Assembly (NCBI RefSeq): GCF_040938485.1
Contig: NW_027271245.1
Span: 62,001 to 126,000, forward strand
Length of the DNA stretch: 64,000 nt
Reading direction: 5' to 3'
Source of the DNA: Diadema antillarum
Lineage: Eukaryota
Below the pieces are notes generated by a model that saw only the letters and a list, made by a program, of their open reading frames with translations, was not told the origin of the DNA and searched no databases. Every line of letters begins with the position of its first letter. The stretch's first letter is position 1. Shown one piece after another: positions 1 through 12,939 of this stretch. Position numbers and translations under genes: made by a program.

Positions 1-562
1 TAATGACGAAAATATTGAGATCGATCGATTATTCTATTTACATGATGAATTCCATGACAAGGCTTCTAAACATTTCCCGAGCTGTAAAAAAAAAAAAAAA
101 AAATCTATTATACATGTTAAAATTGTCGAAGTATTGAGGTATTTTGATGATATGAATGTTCATCTTATTGCAGAGTTCGAAACACTATACGGTGTATTTC
201 TCTTTCTTTCTTTCTTTCTTTTTTTTTTTCTTGTCCTGGGAGTCACAGAATCTTGGCTGAAGAATGACACTCGCACGTGTTATACAATGTATTCAGTGTT
301 ACAATTTTGCGAATATAGAAATGGTAAAAGAGGTGTTGGTGTAATAGATGTTTTTGTATTGGGTCAAGTAAAATATACATATAGAATATTTGAGGGAAAA
401 TAATGAATTTTGTGAAAGATGTGTTTTGAGATAGAAAATGTTTCGAATAAGAATGCATAATAGTTTTCGTTGTTACAGGTTATACCTAATAAATCTTTGC
501 ACTCTTTTGATATATACAGGTTCTTCTTCTCTTTTTGAATATTCATAAATAGGGGGAAAATA

Positions 563-1541
563 CACTCAGCAAAAAAAGAAAGTAAACACTTTTTCAAGTT
601 TATATTTCTCATAGAATATTTGGCTAAAAGTTAATGTATTATACACCATACTGAAGGTAATTTAATTGGCTATCAGTCTAGTAGGTCAATATAAAGGGAA
701 ACTTTACGCATGAGTGAACACCTGTTTTTCTCTTCCACGGCACAAAAGCAAAAATTGCAAAAATGAACAAGTTGTCATTCATCTGCAAGTGCTCTTCCAT
801 ATTTCAAAAATAACAAAAGACAAATTTAACACGATTAGATACATTAAGTTGCAAAAATAAACCTTTGATCTTTATGATATCTTTGAAGCCCAAAATATCA
901 ACAAAGGCCAAAACTAAAGGAGAAAAACGAAGAATCTTTGGTCAAACCCAAATTCAAATGAAATAAGAGAAGGAATATTAACAAAAACGATAGAAATTTC
1001 AATTTGTTTTCAAACGAGGAAAATTGTAGATAATATTTGATTCTTAAATTTATCTCATGAACCTTAAATCACTATATAACAAGAGTAAAGTAAAGAAACT
1101 TTGTTTATTTAATCATCTTTATGCCATTACTCCCTATGTCGTTTGAAGTTCAAGCTGACAGAAAATTCTGACTTTCCCCCTTTAGTTTCCCATTTTGTTT
1201 TTGTTTGATGTTATACAGAGATAAAGAGAACAAAATTTTCTTTTTGCTATTTCATTCATGTCTCTCATTGTGCTAAACTGGCTTTTTGTTGTCATTGTTA
1301 TCTTGAAGGACATTGCCAAATGAAAGACAACTTGTCAAATTTTGCAATTTTTACTTTTGTGCCTTGGCGGGCAAGAATGAAATGTGTTCACTCATGCGTA
1401 AAGTTCCCTTTTAAATTAACCTACTATCATGATAGCCGATTAAATTACATTTGATATGGTATATAATACATTGATTTTCATCAAAATCTTCTATGAAAAA
1501 TATGACCTTGAAAAGTGCTTACTTTCTTTTTTTGCTGAGTG
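563..1541. mobile_element. Foldback non-autonomous DNA transposon (Tc1/mariner-like MITE)
   Basis: Termini CACTCAGCAAAAAAAGAAAGTAA...TTACTTTCTTTTTTTGCTGAGTG, TA on both sides; imperfect inverted repeats extend several hundred bp inward. Confidence 0.8.
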
Positions 1542-2623
1542 TATTTTGTTTCTTATGATTGGTGATTATTTTGTTGATGTAGTGAAAAGAGTGATTTATG
1601 TAATTTGTTCTCCTTTTTGTTTAATTCATGTATTTCTGATGGTGTATTCCCGGATCAGTTCAACATTGCGAAAGTAAATCCTGGTTTGTTTGTTTTTTTA
1701 AGTGATAATATTTCTTATTTGACCATCCAATTTACCGTCAAGTAGATGTATTAGTTATGCAGTTTTTTCCCCAAAATATTTGAGAAATAATTTAACAGAC
1801 TACTTTTCACTTATTCTATTTTATTAATACTCAGGATGGATTTTGTTCAGAACACTTCGGAACACAGGCATTAAGGTAAAACAGCAGTTTATTAAAACAG
1901 TATGTTATATTGATCTGTTTTGATATTCTCGATCCATTCAATTTTGTAGAATTAGAAATCTTGTTCACAAATGCCTAAGCGCTTTTAGTTTGTAATGATT
2001 GGCAATTAGGACTATGTCTCTTTGTATACGTATTCGGCGTGGAGTGGTCAAAGGATTCGTTTTTGGACCATTTTTTTTTTCTGATTATACACACAACTGA
2101 AAAAGTACACCATCCCCCCCCCCCCCCTCTTTATCCAAATAGCGTAACTTTAGTACGAACATCAAATTAATTTTGCAGGGGTATTAATGCACCTAGTGAA
2201 TAACGTCTGTTTGAAAACGAGAATGATCTGTTCAGTCAAGCATGAGTGAGCATACACTAAAGAGAAAGTGGTTGCTTTTCAAAAGTCGGGAATCATTCTT
2301 TTTTTTTTTTTTTTGGAGGGGGGGAGGTCTGTAAAACTTTTTGTCCCTGGTTCTGCATTTACATGCCGTTGTTGTGTTATCATCCATGGAAAAGTAGAAA
2401 ATAGTAAACACACACACAAACACACGCACACACACACACACACACACAAGGAAACACAATGTGGCGCCAAAACGATGAGCGCAAGAATTTTTTTTTTCAT
2501 CTATTTTGTCAGTCATTCAACGACAACACAGATTACACAAATACATTGTACTGGTATACCTCTTGTGATTGAAAGCAAAATGACTCACATTAAAAACATT
2601 GTTTTGGAAAAACTGTAGTATTT

Positions 2624-2625
<2 letters not shown>

Positions 2626-2680
<55 letters not shown>
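2626..2680. repeat. (TAA)n microsatellite
   Basis: Direct inspection; a (CA)n tract also lies at ~2406-2448. Confidence 0.95.
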
Positions 2681-2682
<2 letters not shown>

Positions 2683-2950
2683 TTCGCGTAGAATTAGACG
2701 GCTTACTTCATTTTCCTACTGCACTGGCAACCAACGTCGCGAATCTCGTGAAGAGCAGCATTGAGACACGATATATCCGATTTGGTTCGTATCTACGTGA
2801 GTGCTTGGAAATACTGATTTTGGTGGAATAGCTGATTTATATTGTCATTATTTGCCAGCGACACTTCGCTCTATCTATAGTCTCAGCACTGAGACTTTAA
2901 ACTGCGTTTAAACACAAGTGAATTGTCTAGCAACGAGGAAATGGGCTTAC

Positions 2951-3246
2951 CAGCGATGTCGTATATAATGTGTATATGTAGAGTAAAAAGAAGATGGCGA
3001 AGTGCAGACTCTTTGGTCTCCGTCGTTCACAAGCACCAGCTACCGGCACAAAATCTACATTTCACAAGATGGCCATGGGGGAAAGCGAGTAGATACACTT
3101 GTACAACATGTACTGTAAAATTTGTTCAGCGTGCATAGCCAGCTGCAGTTCGCTAGCGCGGGTCACCGGTACCCGCGCACTCATAGCACCGTTCACCGAC
3201 GTACGCGGCTAGGCAGGTACACGCTCGGAGGAATCGGGGAATCCCC
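2951..3246 (-). promoter_or_regulatory. Putative kB site (GGGGAATCCCC, 3236-3246) plus non-coding first exon ending at CTG|GTAAGC (donor 2950); likely belongs to a paralogue left of the window
   Basis: Shares islands (CGTTTAAACA, ATGGGCTTACCAG, GGGGAATCCCCGCGTTGTTG) with 14353-14735, which lies upstream of P1. Confidence 0.55.
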
Positions 3247-4892
3247 GCGTTGTTGGTGGTGGCGTTGTTGCTGTTGTTGTTGTGTTGAATTGTTGCGTTA
3301 CTCAGTTGTGAATATTTACGCCTAGTAAAAACTCTCTTTAAAAAAATCAGTAGAAAAATATTTATACGGAAAAAAAATACATGTATCATTGCTTCATCAC
3401 TACTGCAATTTTTTTTACTAATTTTGGCCAGCCCGAAGCATATTTTGCTTTAATTTTGATGAAGTATCGGGCAAAGGAGAACAAAATATTACAGTATAAA
3501 TTAAGGCATGAAACTCGTCAGGAAGATATCAGTATTAAGCTCCCTCGAGAGGAATATTTGCGACAGTCAAGGAAGCTTCTTCCTGGGCCAGTTTTACCAA
3601 TCACGTCCCAGAAACTATTTTTTTTTTTTGTGATTTCTTTTATCTTGTCATGATACACTATTATTATTCATTAAACCATTTATATTCAGTATTACAGTTA
3701 AATAACGCAGAACGAAACAAAAACTATTTCATAAAGTTTTATTTGAATCCTTTAATGTTTATATACATATAGTAATTGCTGCAGATTTTTCCAGAGCCTC
3801 TTCACTCATAAATGTACAATTAATCACAAAACTGACAACACACTTCAAGTTACAGATCTTATTTCTCTCTCAAACTGGCATCATACAGTTCCATCCAGAC
3901 TTTCTCCAATAGAGGATGCACAATGAAATTAAGAGTTCAATTTAATTTAAGATTTATTTTGACTTTTCAACGGAACACAAATTAACAGGGCGTCCGAGTA
4001 AGATGACTAGCTACAGAAATCAACTGGCAAGTACTAGTTTTATTCTTCAATACAAACATGCCTGACATAACAATGAAAAGTAAGTTCATGTTTTCACTGA
4101 ACAGGACTATTGATCGCTGAATTTAAAAAAATGTAAGCCTCTTTTTCATGCAAAAGTGAAATTTTTGTAGGGAATATACTTCAAGAGAAATGGCAAAATG
4201 TCGAACGTTAGTCGTTTTATCGGCTTCTTAAGTAATTACTGATAACTTCTTCTCTTTATATTCTCTTTATTTTAATCCCTCACAAGTCAAATCTTATCTA
4301 AGACAAAAACTATTTGTTCAGTCCAAATACATACGAATTAGGCAAGGTTGACTGTAATTTCTTTGGTTCACAACACAGTAGTGTCTCACTTCTGTCATTT
4401 GAGTGGCATATCTTTGGATGTAACTTTTCTATGGTTCTCCTAAATGGTATTTCATTTACTGAATAGTAAATACTTTATTGCGGGCATAACAAAGTAATGA
4501 AAATGACTGTATCATAATCTACCTACAATGGCATCTAAACACACACACACACACACAGGAAAATATATCTCCTCATGTAGATAGGAACACGATGACTGAC
4601 TGAAATTTACAGCTCCCTTACATACTCTGCCCCCCCCCCCCCCGATAATTACTCATTCATTTTGAATATCTACAGTCACCAGCACTACCAAGGATGATTT
4701 CTACCTAATCTATTCAGAATACATCTTGAAGACAAGGCAAGTGCCATAATGTGTCTCGCCCATTCGCGTACAAGAAATTGTACGCGAATGGGATATGGGA
4801 TATAACAGATAATAAAAGAGATATAACAGATAAAAAGAGATATTAAAGAGTAAAAATTTATGGCAAAAAAGAAACGTGCCATAAAAACTTAA

Positions 4893-5341
4893 AGGACAAG
4901 TTCACCTTCATAGACATGTGGATTGAGTGAATGCAGCAATATTAGTAGAACACATCAGTGAAAATTTGGGGAAAATCAGACAATCCGTTCAAAAGTTATG
5001 AATTTTTAAAGATTCTGCGTAGTCACTGCTGGATGAGAAGACTACTACAGTGCATGATGTCATATGCGTACAACCATATAAAGAAAATAAAAAGAGAATT
5101 TCACAAAATTTGACTTTTTGAATGAAGTGCACATTTCTTCGACTTGTTACTGACATATATTAAGGGTAATATTATTCCCCCTGCCTTCTGAAAGAGAGAA
5201 GTCAAGTGTTCTTTTGTTATGCGAGAAAGTGAAAATATGTTGAATTTTCTTTATTCTTTCTTTGTACCGTTGTACTCATGTGACATCACAAGCTATAATA
5301 GTCTTCTCATCCAGCCTCGAGTGAGCAGAAACTTCAAAAAT
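4893..5341 (+). mobile_element. 3'-truncated Kolobok-like MITE (same family as 13690-14341)
   Basis: TTAA|AGGACAAGTTCACCTTCAT start, near-collinear with 13690-14230; inserted at the TTAA of an array-like unit; right end lost. Confidence 0.8.
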
Positions 5342-5344
5342 TAA

Positions 5345-6845
5345 ACGGACCTATGAATCAATAGTTATGACCCATAATAGAAACGCGCCATAAAAACTTA
5401 ACATTGGGCTCTAAAAGTTCGTTGACCCATGCTTGTGACCTTTGACCTTGTGGTGACCATCCACTCCCCAAGGGACATCTACCATCCAAGTTTAGTCACA
5501 AATGGAGTTATGGATCAAAAGTTATGACCCACAATAGAAACGTGCCATAAAAACTTAACATTGGGCTCTAAAAGTTTGTTGACCCCTGCCTGTGACTTTT
5601 GACTTTCTGGTGATCATCCACTCCCCAAGGGACATCTACCATCCAAGTTTGGTAACAAACGAACCTATGGATCAAAAGTTATGACCCATAATAGAAACGC
5701 GCCATAAAAACTTAACATTGGGTTCTAAAAGTTCGTTGACCCATGCTTGTGACCTTTGACCTTGTGACCATCCACTCCCCAAGGGACATCTACCATCCAA
5801 GTTTAGTCACAAATGGAGTTATGGATCAAAAGTTATGACCCACAATAGAAACGTGCCACAAAAACTTAACATTGGGCTCTAAAAGTTTGTTGACCCCTGC
5901 CTGTGACCTTTGACTTTCTGGTGATCATCCACTCCCCAAGGGACATCTACCATCCAAGTTTGGTAACAAACGGACCTATGGATCAAAAGTTATGACCCAT
6001 AATAGAAACGCGCCATAAAAACTTAACATTGGGTTCTAAAAGTTCGTTGACCCATGCTTGTGACCTTTGATGTTGTGGTGACCATCAACTCCCAAAGGGA
6101 CATCTACCATCCAAGCTTGGTCACAAATGGAGTTATGACCCATAATAGAAATGCGCCATAAAAACTTAACATTGGGCTCTATAAGTTTGTTGACCCATGC
6201 TTGTGACCTTTGACCTTGTGGTGACCATCCACTCCCCAAGGGACATCTACCATCCAAGTTTAGTCACAAATGGAGTTATGGATCAAAAGTTATGACCCAC
6301 AATAGAAACGTGCCATAAAAACTTAACATTGGGCTCTAAAAGTTTGTTGACCCCTGCCTGTGACCTTTGACTTTCTGGTGGTCATCCACTCCCCAAGGGA
6401 CATCTACCATCCAAGTTTGGTAACAAACGGACCTATGGATCAAAAGTTATGACCCATAATAGAAACGCACCATAAAAACTTAACATTGGGTTCTAACTGT
6501 TCGTTGACCCATGCTTGTGACCTTTGATGTTGTGGTGACCATCCACTCCCAAAGGGACATCTACCATCCAAGTTTGGTCACAAATGGAGTTATGACCCAT
6601 AATAGAAATGCGCCATAAAAACTTAACATTGGGCTCTAAAAGTTCGTTGACCCATGCTTGTGACCTTTGACCTTGTGGTGACCATCCACTCCCAAAGGGA
6701 CATCTACCATCCAAGTTTGGTAACAAACGGACCTATGGATCAAAAGTTATGACCCATAATAGAAACGCGCCATAAAAACTTAACATTGGGCCCTAAAGTT
6801 CATTGACCCCTGCCTGTGAGCTTTGACCTTGAGGTGACCTTCATA
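5345..6845. repeat. ~157-bp tandem repeat, ~9.5 units, largely alternating A/B variants
   Basis: ATGACCC unit starts at 5367, 5524, 5681, 5835, 5992, 6135, 6292, 6449, 6592, 6749; two units are 143 bp. Confidence 0.95.
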
Positions 6846-9026
6846 TATGGTAAAATGTGAGACTTTGTATGACCCCTCTTCCCTCGAAGTTTGATTGCAA
6901 TTGAAGCCCAGAGTAAAGAGTTATTGAAGTTTTTGTAGCGTTACGGACAGACGACAGACGGACGGACGACGGACGACGGACGGACAGACGCTGCAGGCGA
7001 TCCCTTAGTCTCCCCGCACCTCCGGTGGGCTCGACAAAAATGATGAAAGTGCTTGTTTGTGCTTGGTTCAGCACTGGATCTATCTCTGCAGCTCTCATGA
7101 AAATTGTTGTCTCCACCCTGAATCTTCACAAAATAATACCCGAGTATCTTATACTTGATATGGAGATGTCATTATGTACTTTGGATCTTTGGGGGCATTG
7201 CATGAATTCATAAATAAATAAATAAAAATGAAAATAAAAACAAAAAATAAATAATGTAAACGGTCTGCCTCCTTCCAAACTGGTTATCCACTTAGAAGCC
7301 CAATTGGCTTTGATGTTGATATTTGGGTCTCTTCAGCCCTACTTGGGAGCCACTGAAAACAATCATAAAATTTTATTTCCTTGTCCCAAAGAATGATTCC
7401 AGCCAAGTGTGGTATAAAAATCTATTGTGTAATTGAATGGGGAAAATGACAATGTCAGTGGTAATACTTTTGCCCCGCTCCATATTGTACCTTCCTCCCC
7501 TTAGGTAATATCACAAAAGCAAGAAGAAAGAACAACTCCACTTGGCTAAAAAAACAAACAAACAAACACACAAAACAAAACAAAACAAAAACAACACAGA
7601 GAGAGTATACATGTATTTGGGAGATGTGTTTGCAGAAAATATTTCTATGCACAAAACTTGATAAAAGCACAGTCAGTTTCACAGATCTTACACATGGAAA
7701 GAGCCTTGTACTAACTTTGCCACCTCACGTCGAAAGAAGATGAATACAAGAGTGTTCTTTCGGCTTTAATTCTGATGCTTGCTGTAAGTATCCTCTGTCT
7801 ACAGCAAAGGGCAGCTCAAAAACAATCTTTCATGCCATGCTTTACAGCTATGTATTAAACAAAGTGTCTTGCATGCTTAGCATGGAAAACTTTCTTTGAG
7901 CTTACAGCTGGCTACGATTCATGATACAGATCCACTCTGATACTCTTGATAGAAAAGTAAAGGCCTTAATCTTGTACAGGTGTATTAGCATGATTTCTGT
8001 ACACCAGTGCTATGACTTGTATAGTTTGCAATGTACTGAACGCAGAACAGCACAAGTATCGTCAATGTATTCACAACAACACAGTCCAAATGTTTCTTCA
8101 ATAAGTGCTTTTCTTCATGCCCTGAGAGTCATTTTCCCAGATGAAGCAACTTTGAGCAATTTGGTTCATGACAGTATACGTAACACTTTGGGGACAGTCC
8201 TATTCCATTCATAGCATTTGCATGAATACATTGATGTAACAATGAATTAAAATATAACAGGTTGAAATATATGTACAATATTAATGGAAATTGTTAGAAT
8301 TCAATTCCCCAATTGTGACGATGAGATAAAACAGGTGTTTTGCATGACTCACAGTATACAAGTTATTCAACTTTATGATTTATGGTTGATTTTCACTGCA
8401 TAACATAATGTCATGAAGCTATCATGAAATCAATAACATCATATATCTCAAACTATGTGGACAACTGAATTGTACAATATTGTACTTGCAAAGAGTATCA
8501 AATGCTTACTTCTCTTCAGTCAAAGGTAATTTTTAAAAGGATTAATCTTTACTGTCTTAATGATCTGAAACACTTTTTGTTTAATATGAAAAGATATGCA
8601 GCATATAGCATAAAAAAAGGGACCCTCCTAAGATAATTTTTAAAGGCAAATTTGAGGAAAACAAACATATCACAGCAACCTTTAAAGTAGCCATTTTGAT
8701 TAACAGGCCAGATTTCAACATTTTGTGAGGTTTTGTTTTTTGTTTTTGTTTTTGTTTTTGTTTTGTTTTTTCTCTGGTTCTGCAATAAATCATGTTATTG
8801 TTCTCGTCATATATGTTTGTCATCGTGGGATATTATTTACCTTAGTAAAATTTTCCTACTTTGCTGATTGGAAGGACACTTCATATATCATAGTTTGTAA
8901 ATTTGCTGGCAAAAGCTGCTTGAAATCTTTCACTTGAGAGAGAATACTAATAATACTCAAAGAAGGTTGTGAAATCACCATGGACATGTGCGGTCTCTTC
9001 AATCATTTTTGGCCAATCCCATACCC

Positions 9027-9595
9027 CTACCACCAACGCTGCAGGCAATATCGGTAGAAACTGTACGGGGCTTTCCAAAATGGCACAATATACCAAGGAC
9101 TTGGGCTGCCTTCCACCTTTGTGCTGAGCATAGCTATTGCTCGAGCTCTGTCACCTCGGTACTCATGAAAGATCCATCTTACCCAAGGCAGAAGAGCCAT
9201 AGGCGGGAGAGATGTGCCACAAATGAAAATAACCCTCAACAGCAAATGCATGGTGCTGCTGCAAGACCTAGTCAAACCGCCTACCAAGCTGATGCAGAAA
9301 AAGACAGCTGCTGCAAAAAGATACCATGGCTGCAAGAAAGAGGTTTGCTTCAATGGGGTCACGTTGGTCACAAACGACACCAAGCTCTCCCAGTCCTCAG
9401 GATCCATCTCCCAGTTTGCACCAAGTCTTCCACACACCATGGCCAGAGACGAGCAAGCAAAGGTTGTAGGCTGCTGGTTCCTAAAGGTTGTCATCTGGCT
9501 CCTCTTCTTCTGACTGCGGCTGATACCTGACTGAGCATCCTCCTTGGAGAGAGGCCAAGAGAAGTCATGTCCAATCACTGCCACGTTTTGTTTGC
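9027..9595 (-). CDS. Paralogue P1 coding exon B (joined to 10807-11065; 275 aa): domain C-half plus hydrophobic tail
   Basis: Acceptor TGAAG|GC; GKQNVAVIGHDF...QQPTTF...CGRL homologous to the other five copies; phase matches exon A. Confidence 0.85.
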
Positions 9596-10806
9596 CTTCA
9601 CAAGGATTAGAAGGGAATGAAATTTTAAGAAAATTTGATATCAGTATGAAGAAGAGAATAACATATGGAACAGGGAAAGAAATCTAGTAATAATGATCAA
9701 GCTTCTGGCATTTCCCTATGACACAGACTGTTCCTATCAACCTGAAACTTTTGAGACATGTCTGACATATAAAAACATTCTGCGCAAAAAAAAAAAAAAA
9801 AAAAAACTTGATTCCAATCACTGTAATGTCATATTTTATGGAAAATTGTAAAGCGGCAAGGGGTAGATTACAATGTCATTGTTGGAAATCTACACAAATT
9901 AAATTACTACTGTAAAGTAATACCAGAGCAAGCAATATGTTCTGACCTGGATTGTTAGAATTCTTTATGTGGTACATCTACAAGGCATTGATAAACTGCT
10001 TCAGTCAATAAATGATATTCAGTAATTCCATGCTTTGCTACTGTATACAGTACTTGAGTAATTCAGAAGGGAAAAGTAGCACATTTCCCTGGTATATTTG
10101 CAAAAACTTTGATACAGCACAACAACTCAGGTTTATTTTTGGTTTGTAAGTTTTTATTCCTCAGTACATTAGATGTCCTTCAATGTGATAATGGGGAAAG
10201 AAAAACATGGATCAACTATATAGAGGAAATAGCTTGACTCCAGCTCTGTATGATCTGCTGAGTCACTGTATGAATTTTGGGCTTCGACAAGCAGACAAGC
10301 TGTCATAGGCACCTTCAAATGCATCAATCCAAATTGGTTTGTCATGTCCAACCCTCAAACTACACCAATCAAGCAGTTCCCAATGTACACACAGGTATTC
10401 CCTACAGAACACATACAAGCATGTAGCAACAATAATTAAAGCTCTATCCCTTCTATTTCCAGTTAATGCAAAACAAACACCAGATGCAGGACAATGAATA
10501 CTATATAAGCCATCATTTTTGCGAGGGTTTAATTTCTGTGAATCACTGCTGGACCGCAAATTTAACAACATGCAAAAATGTCGCCCATGCACTGGTTTAA
10601 CAGTGCACTTAAGACGACTTTGTGTCAATTTACGAAAACAGCATCTTGCGAAAAATGTCCATGACCTCCTAATTTGCAAAAATATCTGCACTCAAAAATT
10701 ACAGCTTATACAGTATTGTAATCCCTATGCATTGCTCACTTCAGCCTTTGGCTTAAAGCACATATTTTATTCATGGGCACAAACTTTGACTTATGCTACA
10801 ACTGAC

Positions 10807-11065
10807 CAATGGTATGTTCGGCATGTGGCAGGAACTTGTTGTAGAGGGCATCTGTGACATCTGTTATCGCAAAACGACGATTGTGGATGGAGTGACAGAG
10901 GATGATTCCATGCAGGCGCCCTTTTGGCAGTCGAAACTTGTCCACGTCATTGTACGGCAGCTCGACAAATACGGCTTCTACTTTAGGAATTCTGTTCAGT
11001 CTTGAGAGCAGCCCACTGACATTATCCTGCCTGGCAGATGAGCAGACCCCAATTATTGTTGACAT
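10807..11065 (-). CDS. Paralogue P1 coding exon A
   Basis: ATG at 11065 just after TGCAG|G; MSTIIGVCS...LPY...ILCHSIHNRRFAITDV; donor G|GTCAGT, phase 1. Confidence 0.85.
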
Positions 11066-11195
11066 CCTGCAGACGGTGACTGAAGCTTCTGTGGAAGATA
11101 AGTATCAATTTGTCACTTCATGTAAGAAATGAGACAAACTACCTGTGAGACACAGACTAACTAATCTCTGCCATTTCACAGTCAAAATCACAGTA

Positions 11196-11386
11196 CAGTG
11201 GACTCCTGCTATAACGAAGTCTTCAGGACCAGCAGTTTTCTAGTGTTATATCAAAGTTTTGTTTTATCTGAACGAATAAACAATAAAAAAGAAACACTGA
11301 GCAGATAATGTTGTGGCCTGAATTTCTACTTTGTTGTAACCGGAATTTCATCATTCTAACCGTGTTCCTATAATGGGAGAGGACTG
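11196..11386 (+). mobile_element. Tc1/pogo-like MITE (TA-flanked)
   Basis: TA|CAGTGGACTCC...GAGAGGACTG|TA; same family as 62215-62399 and 62418-62594. Confidence 0.75.
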
Positions 11387-12551
11387 TATTAGCTCATATC
11401 TATTACCCGCATTCAGTGAGCCTTTTGCATATTGATAAGGCATTCCTGTTCCGTATATTCATTCACTGCTTCTTCAAGTCAACAATTTGTGTTTCAATGT
11501 CTGCATTTTTATAAGTATTATCTTCAGTTGTTGTCTAATTTTGTCAAAACATCCAGCAACAACAAAGACTAAATTACACACATACATCACTGTTACTGCC
11601 TTCGTGACTTTGAATTTTCCAAACAAAATGACTATTTGCTGCTGAAGCATTGTTTTTGAGGAACAGTTTCATTAATTTTTGTGAAGATTTTCATATTCAG
11701 CTACTCTAAAGTCATGTGGCCATAATGGATATTTGTGTTAACCTTTTAAGCAGCACTATATACACTGAATAGATAACTTCAAAACTGCACTTTCTATCAA
11801 TTTACAGTGATATAGGTCATTCCCTATAAACATGTAATTGTCAGTTCACGTACTAAGAACACAGTCTTGCTTACAACTGCACCACTAGATAGACTAGGCA
11901 GAGTTAGAATGTGCGGTAAAAAAAAAATCATAATATTACATTCATCCACATCTTACCTGGTTGCATATAACTGCATCAAAAAACTTTAAAAAGAACATTT
12001 TTGTCATTGAATATAGGTTAATTTCAGAATATTTGGTGTTTTCTAATTAGTATTAAGTACTTAGTAACATGTAACTCTGTTGAAAGTTACTGTGTAACTC
12101 CAAAGTTTGGAAGCTGCAAATTAAGTATAAGTCACACACTTTTCACATTATTTTTTTTTTAATGTAGACCCACATTTTGTTCCATCTGAAAGATTCCACC
12201 CATGGATGACACTTGTGTCAGTGTGCATGACAAAACTAAGCTGTAAGAACAGTCAGCTGTTTATGAGTTGCTATGCTACTTTGACATAAGAATGTTCTTA
12301 CATTTATAAATGTGAACAGATTCAAACACATCACTACTAAACAGTGGTTGTCATCTCTCCAGGTGGCTCAGTGCTCTGCCTGGTGCTCTTAAGAGACTCT
12401 TGTCTTAACTTCAATCCCCTTTTCTGCGTCATATCTCAAGAGTAGCATTCCTAGTAAATCCTAACATTACAAGTTTATTTTTTCATCACTTATCATTTCT
12501 TCATCATACACTTAAAGGCCAAGAGTTACCTTTTTCAGGAGATGGCCTTAA

Positions 12552-12939
12552 AGGGACTGTACAGTACTGGTTGAGATGAGAATTCAGCTTAAAGTGACGT
12601 CTTGCGAGATATTTAGAAACCACTCTATGACATGGTACAATTCTACGGCGAGTCAAAAGTTTATTTGATGAAAATCAGTTTTGAAATGACTGATAAATCT
12701 AAAATCAAGGAAAAACAAAGAGATCCTAATAAAAGTCGTGGCCTGTCAATGTTATCAGGATCACTTTTTTATATCTCAGCTATTTGAAGGCCAATTTTCA
12801 TCAAATAAATATTGAATCCTTCTTAAAATTACATGCTCTTTCATATTCTGTAAGAGGTTTCTCATTATCTCACACATACACAAAAAAGTTATAAACCTGA
12901 ATCCTCACCTCAACCAGTAGGCAGTACTGTACTGTCCCT
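12552..12939. mobile_element. Kolobok-like MITE
   Basis: TTAA on both sides; TIRs AGGGACTGTACAGTACTGGTTGAG / CTCAACCAGTAGGCAGTACTGTACTGTCCCT; purine-purine 5' terminus. Confidence 0.8.

Larger units (their letters stand above)
4730..7040 (+). mobile_element. Helentron/HINE-like non-autonomous element with internal tandem array
   Basis: 5' ACAAGG start; subterminal inverted repeats TGTCTCGCCC (4752-4761) and GGGCTCGACA (7027-7036); (GACG/GACA)n tract ~6947-6990; short 3' hairpin CACC-TCC-GGTG; central tandem repeats. Confidence 0.65.

Noticed and set aside
2232-2618. ORFs with CVCV/HTHT/NNN/III runs (also 21359-21619, 23442-23708, 28756-29081)
   Set aside because: Translations of microsatellites.
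5345-6845. Regular repeat array as a CRISPR array
   Set aside because: Whole 157-bp units repeat with no unique spacers; eukaryotic context; no cas genes.
8988-9530. 180-aa plus-strand ORF, and other antisense ORFs over family exons and the RTE (e.g. 26183-26545, 54151-54729, 55375-55839)
   Set aside because: Shadow frames of real coding sequence; no independent motifs.
10263-10691. 142-aa ORF in the P1 intron as an alternative exon
   Set aside because: No family similarity; the TGTAG acceptor-like site gives a stop after 15 codons in the required phase.
10796-11065. Family core as a Ras-like small GTPase (DGIILCHS resembles the strand after G3)
   Set aside because: No GxxxxGK(S/T), DxxG or NKxD motifs in any copy.
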